Of a stretch of 64,000 bases of DNA, positions 59,033 to 64,000 are shown in pieces. This DNA is from Ignavibacteriota bacterium (GTDB lineage Bacteria; Bacteroidota; Ignavibacteria; UBA10030): contig OY969585.1 in the NCBI GenBank assembly GCA_963701295.1, positions 2,048,001 to 2,112,000 on the forward strand. The letters run 5' to 3'. Under the pieces are notes generated by a model. The model had not been told where the DNA came from. It saw nothing but the letters and a program-made list of their open reading frames with translations, and did not search any database. The translations under genes were made by a program, and so were the position numbers. Every line of letters starts with the position of its first letter. Within the stretch, counting starts at the first letter, position 1.

Positions 59033-59740
59033 ATGGCAGAGCAACAACGGCGCCTTTATCGAAGTCAGACTAACAAAGTTATTGCCGGCGTCTGCGGAGG
59101 ACTTGCAGAATATCTCAATGTGGACACAACCGTCGTCCGGCTTGTTTGGGTTCTGTTAACGCTTCTCGGTGGTTCCGGAATTATTCTCTATGTCCTTGCA
59201 TTTTTCATTATTCCAGAGAGACCCATCTTGACAGGTGATACACTATCTCCAGAGAAATCAGAATTCGGTTCTGCGCGCATCTTCGGAATTTTATTTGTGG
59301 CTGCAGGTGCAGTGCTCCTTCTTGATAACCTTGGAATATTTTCATTCTGCCGGATATGGGATACAGCGTGGGAGTTTGTACTTCCAGGCATTCTCATGCT
59401 TTTAGGAATTTATATCTTAACTAAGCGCGATAAAGTACAAGCAACGCCGCCTGAACAAACATCACCAATAGAACCGGATCAATCAACTGAGAATCAGACT
59501 CCGCCTCCAGCGTCTTCAACGGAACAGACAACGAATCCTAAAGTTTTTCGCCGTTCTCTCACTGATAAGAAAATGTTCGGTATTTGTGGGGGCGCAGGAG
59601 AGTATTTTGGCATTGATCCCACCATCCTTCGCGTTGCGTATGCAATCTTTACGGTCTTTTCGGGCGGTATGGGAATTATTCTCTACTTCTTAATGTATCT
59701 GATTGTTCCGGAAGGTCAGCGCCAACAGAACAAGCAATAG
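59033..59740 (+). CDS. Membrane protein with two PspC domains
   Basis: LYRS..NKVIAGVCGGLAEY and FRRS..DKKMFGICGGAGEYF flanking a TM hairpin. Confidence 0.9.
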   Translation: MAEQQRRLYRSQTNKVIAGVCGGLAEYLNVDTTVVRLVWVLLTLLGGSGIILYVLAFFIIPERPILTGDTLSPEKSEFGSARIFGILFVAAGAVLLLDNLGIFSFCRIWDTAWEFVLPGILMLLGIYILTKRDKVQATPPEQTSPIEPDQSTENQTPPPASSTEQTTNPKVFRRSLTDKKMFGICGGAGEYFGIDPTILRVAYAIFTVFSGGMGIILYFLMYLIVPEGQRQQNKQ

Positions 59741-59750
59741 TGAGGAATTT

Positions 59751-60263
59751 ATGGAACCGACTTTACAAAAGAAATCAAGTGGACTTCCAATCTTTGGCGT
59801 TTTTCTTATTCTCCTTGGTGCTGGTTTTATTCTGAATAAACTGCATGTATTCCACTATAGTTGGGGAATAATTCTCTGGGTTTGTTTAGGCCTGGTTGGC
59901 ATTGTGACAGTTGTGCAAGCATTTATTACACGACGGCGTGGAGTAGTTTTTTGGGGAAGCCTTTTATTCTTTGTAAGTGTAACTATGATTGCTCACAGAT
60001 TTGCGCTCGTAGATTTTGCACCATGGGATGTGCCAGCGACGTTCTCACTTGCCCTTGGACTCTCATTTCTTATGCTATTCTTCTATGATCCTCGACGGCT
60101 TGGAATTCTCATTCCCGTTCTCTTCTTCGGCGGTTACGGTGTTCTCTACTGCTTGTGGTGGTGGGATGTGATCGACTGGTTTGAGATGAGACATTATGTC
60201 TCTACGTACTGGCCTGCGTTCATCATTCTCTGGGGACTTTCATTGATATTTCGACGGCGCTGA
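59751..60263 (+). CDS. Hypothetical membrane protein (LiaF/DUF5668-like)
   Basis: Six hydrophobic segments, YWPAFIILWG. Confidence 0.65.
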   Translation: MEPTLQKKSSGLPIFGVFLILLGAGFILNKLHVFHYSWGIILWVCLGLVGIVTVVQAFITRRRGVVFWGSLLFFVSVTMIAHRFALVDFAPWDVPATFSLALGLSFLMLFFYDPRRLGILIPVLFFGGYGVLYCLWWWDVIDWFEMRHYVSTYWPAFIILWGLSLIFRRR

Positions 60264-60273
60264 TTGGAAACTG

Positions 60274-63072
60274 CTAATGCGCTTCTAACCAATTCTTGCC
60301 TACTCCCAGATCAACCTCGACAGGAACCGAGAGGGGAAGGGCTTGCTGCATCTCCCTTTCAACAATTTCTTTCACGATACTCGCTTCTTTTTTTTGTACT
60401 TCAAATACCAATTCATCATGAACTTGAAGAAGCATCGAACTGGCAAGTTTTTGCTTCTTGAGAACTGCATCGATGTGCACCATTGCCAGTTTAATCATAT
60501 CTGCTGCCGTTCCCTGAATCGGCATGTTGATAGCTTGCCGCTCAGCGTTCTGGCGAACGTTCTGGTTGCTACTGCGAATATCTGGAATGTACCGCCGCCT
60601 GCCCAGAAGTGTGCTGACATATCCATCTTTGCGTCCGCTCGCGATTGTATCGTTGATATATTGTTGAACTTTGGGAAAGCGGGCAAAATAACGAGCAATA
60701 ATTTCTTTTCCTTCAGTCTGACTAATCTCTAATCGGTTGGCGAGACCGTAAGCACCGATGCCGTACATAATTCCAAAGTTGACTTCTTTTGCCTTCCGCC
60801 TCATATCTCTCGTTACATCCGTCGCATTGATACCGAATACTTTTGCTGCTGTTGTTGTATGGATATCTTCATGATTCTTGAATGCCTGTGTCAATCCCTC
60901 ATCGCCGGAGATGTGCGCCATCACTCGGAGCTCGATCTGTGAATAATCGGCGGAAAGAATAAGCGATTGAGCGTTGCCGGGAATAAATGCCTTTCGAATT
61001 GATCTGCCAATTTCCGTACGGATTGGAATATTCTGAATATTCGGATCGCTGCTGGATAATCTTCCAGTGGTAGTTACAGTTTGATTGAATGATGTATGCA
61101 CTCGTCCGGTTCTCGGGTTGATAAGTTTCGGAAGTGCATCGATGTAGGTCGATTTCAACTTTGTGGATTGACGGAAGTCGAGGAGCATTTCAATGATCGG
61201 ATGCGAGCCTTTCAACGTTTCAAGAACAGCGACATCTGTGGAAAAACCGGTTTTTGTTTTGCGCACCGATTGCAGCTTGAGTTTATTGAAGAGAATTTCT
61301 GCAAGCTGCTGTGTGGAGTTAATGTTGAAAGATGTACCGGCAGCTTGATGAATTTCTTTCGTGAGCTTTTCGAGCTGCTTCTCAAGTTCTTTTGACATGT
61401 CCGCCAGATGGTTAACGTCGATAGAGACTCCGGCACGCTCCATTCGTGCAAGAACTGAAACTAAAGGGAATTCCACTTCTTCACAGAGCCCGATCATTCC
61501 GAGTTCAAGAAGTTTCTTCTGAAATGTTTCGTACAGGCAGAATGTGATGTCGGAATCTTCACACGAATAATCGGAAAGGGCTTGAAGGGAAACATCACGG
61601 ATGTGCTTTTGCTCTTTACCCGTACCGACCAGTTCGGAGAAAGAGACGGTTTTGTACTTAAGATATTCCGCAGCTACATCATCCATATTATGCTTGCCGT
61701 CCGCACGCACCATGTAGCTGGCAATCATCGAGTCAAACAGAGCGCCTTCAACATTGATGCCATAGTTCGACAACACCAATATGTCATATTTAATATTATG
61801 TCCGATTTTCTTGATGTGAGGATCTTCCAGAATCGGCTTGAGCTTATTACAGATGAATTCCGGCGGCAAGCCGATTGACGAGTTAGGTTCATTATTGGTG
61901 TTTCCAAAGAGACCTCCTTGTCCATGTGTTTTCTTTCCTGTGATCGTAATATAGAAAGCTTCATGCGGCTTGAGGGCAAATGAAATTCCGACGAGTTCGG
62001 CATTCAACGAATCGGTGGAGGTTGTTTCAGTATCGAAGACAAATTCCTGTGCCGATTTCAACTTAGCGCAGAGAGAGGTGAACTCTTTTTCTGTTGTGAT
62101 GAGCTGGTAGATATGTTTGTCCTTGGTGATATCGGAGAGGGGTTCCGGAGGTTTGAATTCAATATCAGGATCAACACTATTTGATGTTTCCTGAGTCTCC
62201 ATCCGGAGCTTGCTCAGGAGTGAGCGGAATTCCAGTGCTTCAAACAATTCCATGAGCTTTGGAGTGTTTCTTTGTTCTGCTTTGAGCGAATGGAAATTGA
62301 TAGTAAGCGGTACGTTGATATCAATCGTAACGAGATGCTTGGACAGCGATGCCAATTCTTTGTTCGACTCCAATTTAGCGCGCAATCCCTTTTGAGGAAT
62401 CTCGTCAAGATGACGATACAGTTCTTCGATACTGCCATACTTCTGGATGAGCGGGATTGCGGTTTTCTCGCCAACCCCCGGCACACCCGGTATATTATCA
62501 GAGGCATCGCCGATTAAACCGAGAATGTCTATGACTTTGTCGGGAGTGACACCGAATTTCTGTCTCACTCCTTCAATGTCTACAATTTCGATGTCGGATC
62601 CTTGCTTGCCAGGTTTGTAAATTTTCGTTGTATCGGAGACAAGCTGCATAAAGTCTTTGTCGGGTGTGACGAGGAACGTGAGAGCATTTTCTCGCTCTGC
62701 CTGTTTTGCAAGTGTGCCGATGATATCGTCGGCCTCAAAACCATCCATCTCAACGACAGGAATATTGTAAGCACGCACGACTTCTTTCAGCACCGGAATT
62801 TGTGTGATCATGTCTTCAGGCATTTTCTGACGTGTGGCTTTGTATTCCTTATACGCCTTGTGCCGGAACGTAGGTTTGCCCGTGTCGAAGACGACGGCAA
62901 TGTGATCGGGAAATTCCTGTGTGAGGATACGGTTTAAAAACGTGACGAATCCGTAGACCGCGCTGGTGTTCTCACCTTTCGAATTCATCAGCGGCTGACG
63001 TATAAATGCGAAATAGGCACGGTATGCCAGTGCCATTGCATCGATGAGATAAACTCGCTCAATTTTTGACAT
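60274..63072 (-). CDS. polA: DNA polymerase I
   Basis: 5'-nuclease (EADD, GDASDNIPGV), 3'-exo DTET, ADYSQIELR, KEVNFGIMYG, QVHDEL all intact. Confidence 0.99.
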   Translation of the reverse strand: MSKIERVYLIDAMALAYRAYFAFIRQPLMNSKGENTSAVYGFVTFLNRILTQEFPDHIAVVFDTGKPTFRHKAYKEYKATRQKMPEDMITQIPVLKEVVRAYNIPVVEMDGFEADDIIGTLAKQAERENALTFLVTPDKDFMQLVSDTTKIYKPGKQGSDIEIVDIEGVRQKFGVTPDKVIDILGLIGDASDNIPGVPGVGEKTAIPLIQKYGSIEELYRHLDEIPQKGLRAKLESNKELASLSKHLVTIDINVPLTINFHSLKAEQRNTPKLMELFEALEFRSLLSKLRMETQETSNSVDPDIEFKPPEPLSDITKDKHIYQLITTEKEFTSLCAKLKSAQEFVFDTETTSTDSLNAELVGISFALKPHEAFYITITGKKTHGQGGLFGNTNNEPNSSIGLPPEFICNKLKPILEDPHIKKIGHNIKYDILVLSNYGINVEGALFDSMIASYMVRADGKHNMDDVAAEYLKYKTVSFSELVGTGKEQKHIRDVSLQALSDYSCEDSDITFCLYETFQKKLLELGMIGLCEEVEFPLVSVLARMERAGVSIDVNHLADMSKELEKQLEKLTKEIHQAAGTSFNINSTQQLAEILFNKLKLQSVRKTKTGFSTDVAVLETLKGSHPIIEMLLDFRQSTKLKSTYIDALPKLINPRTGRVHTSFNQTVTTTGRLSSSDPNIQNIPIRTEIGRSIRKAFIPGNAQSLILSADYSQIELRVMAHISGDEGLTQAFKNHEDIHTTTAAKVFGINATDVTRDMRRKAKEVNFGIMYGIGAYGLANRLEISQTEGKEIIARYFARFPKVQQYINDTIASGRKDGYVSTLLGRRRYIPDIRSSNQNVRQNAERQAINMPIQGTAADMIKLAMVHIDAVLKKQKLASSMLLQVHDELVFEVQKKEASIVKEIVEREMQQALPLSVPVEVDLGVGKNWLEAH

Positions 63073-63209
63073 GAATCAGCTTGCCTCTTCTACTCTCGTG
63101 TTACTCAACATTGTGAGAAAAATATACGGAAAGGTGGTCTGAAAACAAAAAAACATTAGAGGAACACACTGTTGATGAATTTCGTCTCTTTAGTAAAGAA
63201 AGTGCGACC

Positions 63210-63238
63210 TTGACAATCATTTCAGATTTGAGTATCAT
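63210..63238 (+). promoter_or_regulatory. sigma70 promoter
   Basis: TTGACA-17nt-TATCAT upstream of the 63257 ORF. Confidence 0.7.
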
Positions 63239-63256
63239 TATTTCATAAAAGAAAGT

Positions 63257-63766
63257 GTGAAAATGAAAATCTTCATAAAAACCTCATTTGCTTTAATAGT
63301 CGTTACTTTTTTAGCTATTGGCCAATTTAAATCTCAACCAGAAGCGAGTTCTTCGGTAACCGAATCTATGATTAGGCAGGATGATGGCGGATTACTGTTC
63401 GGCTGGTTTGATCCAAGCCGCTTTACGATGCACAATAGCTATTCGCTGAGTTATATGACATCTGGCGGAAAAGGATTGTCACTTGGCACATTGACGAGCA
63501 GCCTTGCATATCAGATTTCAAATCCGCTTTCAGTGCAATTCGATGTCAGTTTGATGCACTCGCCGTATAACAATCTTGGCGGTAACTTTTCAAAAGAAAT
63601 CTCCGGTGTATACCTTTCTGGAGCAGAATTGAATTATCGGCCAAGTAAGAATACGCTACTTCAAATTCAGTATAGACAACTGCCTGCAATGTATTGGTTG
63701 AACAACTACGACAGGTTTGATTTCATGTCGGGATTTGATCGAATCGATGAGGAGGAGAGTCACTGA
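63257..63766 (+). CDS. Hypothetical secreted beta-rich protein
   Basis: Signal peptide; amphipathic beta strands (LNYRPSKN...IQYRQ); own promoter and terminator. Confidence 0.7.
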   Translation: MKMKIFIKTSFALIVVTFLAIGQFKSQPEASSSVTESMIRQDDGGLLFGWFDPSRFTMHNSYSLSYMTSGGKGLSLGTLTSSLAYQISNPLSVQFDVSLMHSPYNNLGGNFSKEISGVYLSGAELNYRPSKNTLLQIQYRQLPAMYWLNNYDRFDFMSGFDRIDEEESH

Positions 63767-63796
63767 ACTTCGATACGAAACGAGTGTGTGTATTAA

Positions 63797-63847
63797 AGCC
63801 GGGCCGAGCTGAGTTGTTACTCGTCAGCTTGCTCGGTTCTTTTTTTA
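63797..63847 (+). terminator. Terminator-like hairpin
   Basis: GGGCCGAGC...GCTCGGTTC followed by a T-run. Confidence 0.55.
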
Positions 63848-63857
63848 TCGGGCAGGA

Positions 63858-64000
63858 ATGAAACACACAAAACCTTCCGACACTGCCGTCCAAACTGATA
63901 CTGCGGATATACCACGAGAACGCGTCCCCCAGCTTCAGACCCGTACAGCACATAATAGCAAATTGATGAAGGGCGTATTGGGTCTGCTTTCCTTGGCGCT
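63858..64000 (+). CDS. 5' fragment of an ORF running off the window
   Basis: Open from ATG 63858 (MKHTKPSD...MKGVLGLLSLAL) to the end; product not identifiable. Confidence 0.4.
   Translation, partial: MKHTKPSDTAVQTDTADIPRERVPQLQTRTAHNSKLMKGVLGLLSLA

Noticed and set aside
1-64000. CRISPR array, rRNA, integrase/transposase or prophage genes
   Set aside because: No regularly spaced direct repeats, rRNA-like sequence, or recombinase or phage motifs were seen.

Overview
This 64 kb window is mostly housekeeping chromosome from a bacterium that, by gene content and promoter style, most resembles the Ignavibacteria/Chlorobi side of the FCB group. That placement is an inference from T9SS-type C-termini, CxxxY CcmE, bacillithiol BshB1 and sigma70 TTGACA/TATAAT promoters. 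Core genes are mutL (3' part), maf, csp, nfeD-SPFH, PTPS-folE-SDR, pyrK-pyrD-folC-rho, panD, lemA/TPM, htpX, bamD, ccmABCDE, bshB1, xseAB-dxs, ribD-ribE, secG, tRNA-Lys, rplM-rpsI-rpsB-tsf-pyrH-frr and polA. One accessory block (about 10.8-19.5 kb, all minus strand, next to two tRNA-Ser genes) holds small unrelated genes separated by decayed attC-like sequences, a GH67/GH10 xylan pair, and a mini-element: a GIY-YIG pseudogene followed by a duplicated tRNA 3' end with a 30-nt double hairpin inserted in the T-loop. The main observations are (1) an intact 783-aa family-B DNA polymerase with all polymerase and exonuclease catalytic motifs eroded, lying 3 nt behind nfeD-stomatin; (2) the tRNA/GIY-YIG/hairpin element; (3) a probable tetrahydrobiopterin operon; (4) a pseudo-receiver/pseudo-HisKA protein inside the lemA-TPM operon; (5) four genes broken by single frameshifts or a stop. 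All family calls come from motif recognition by eye; no searches were run.
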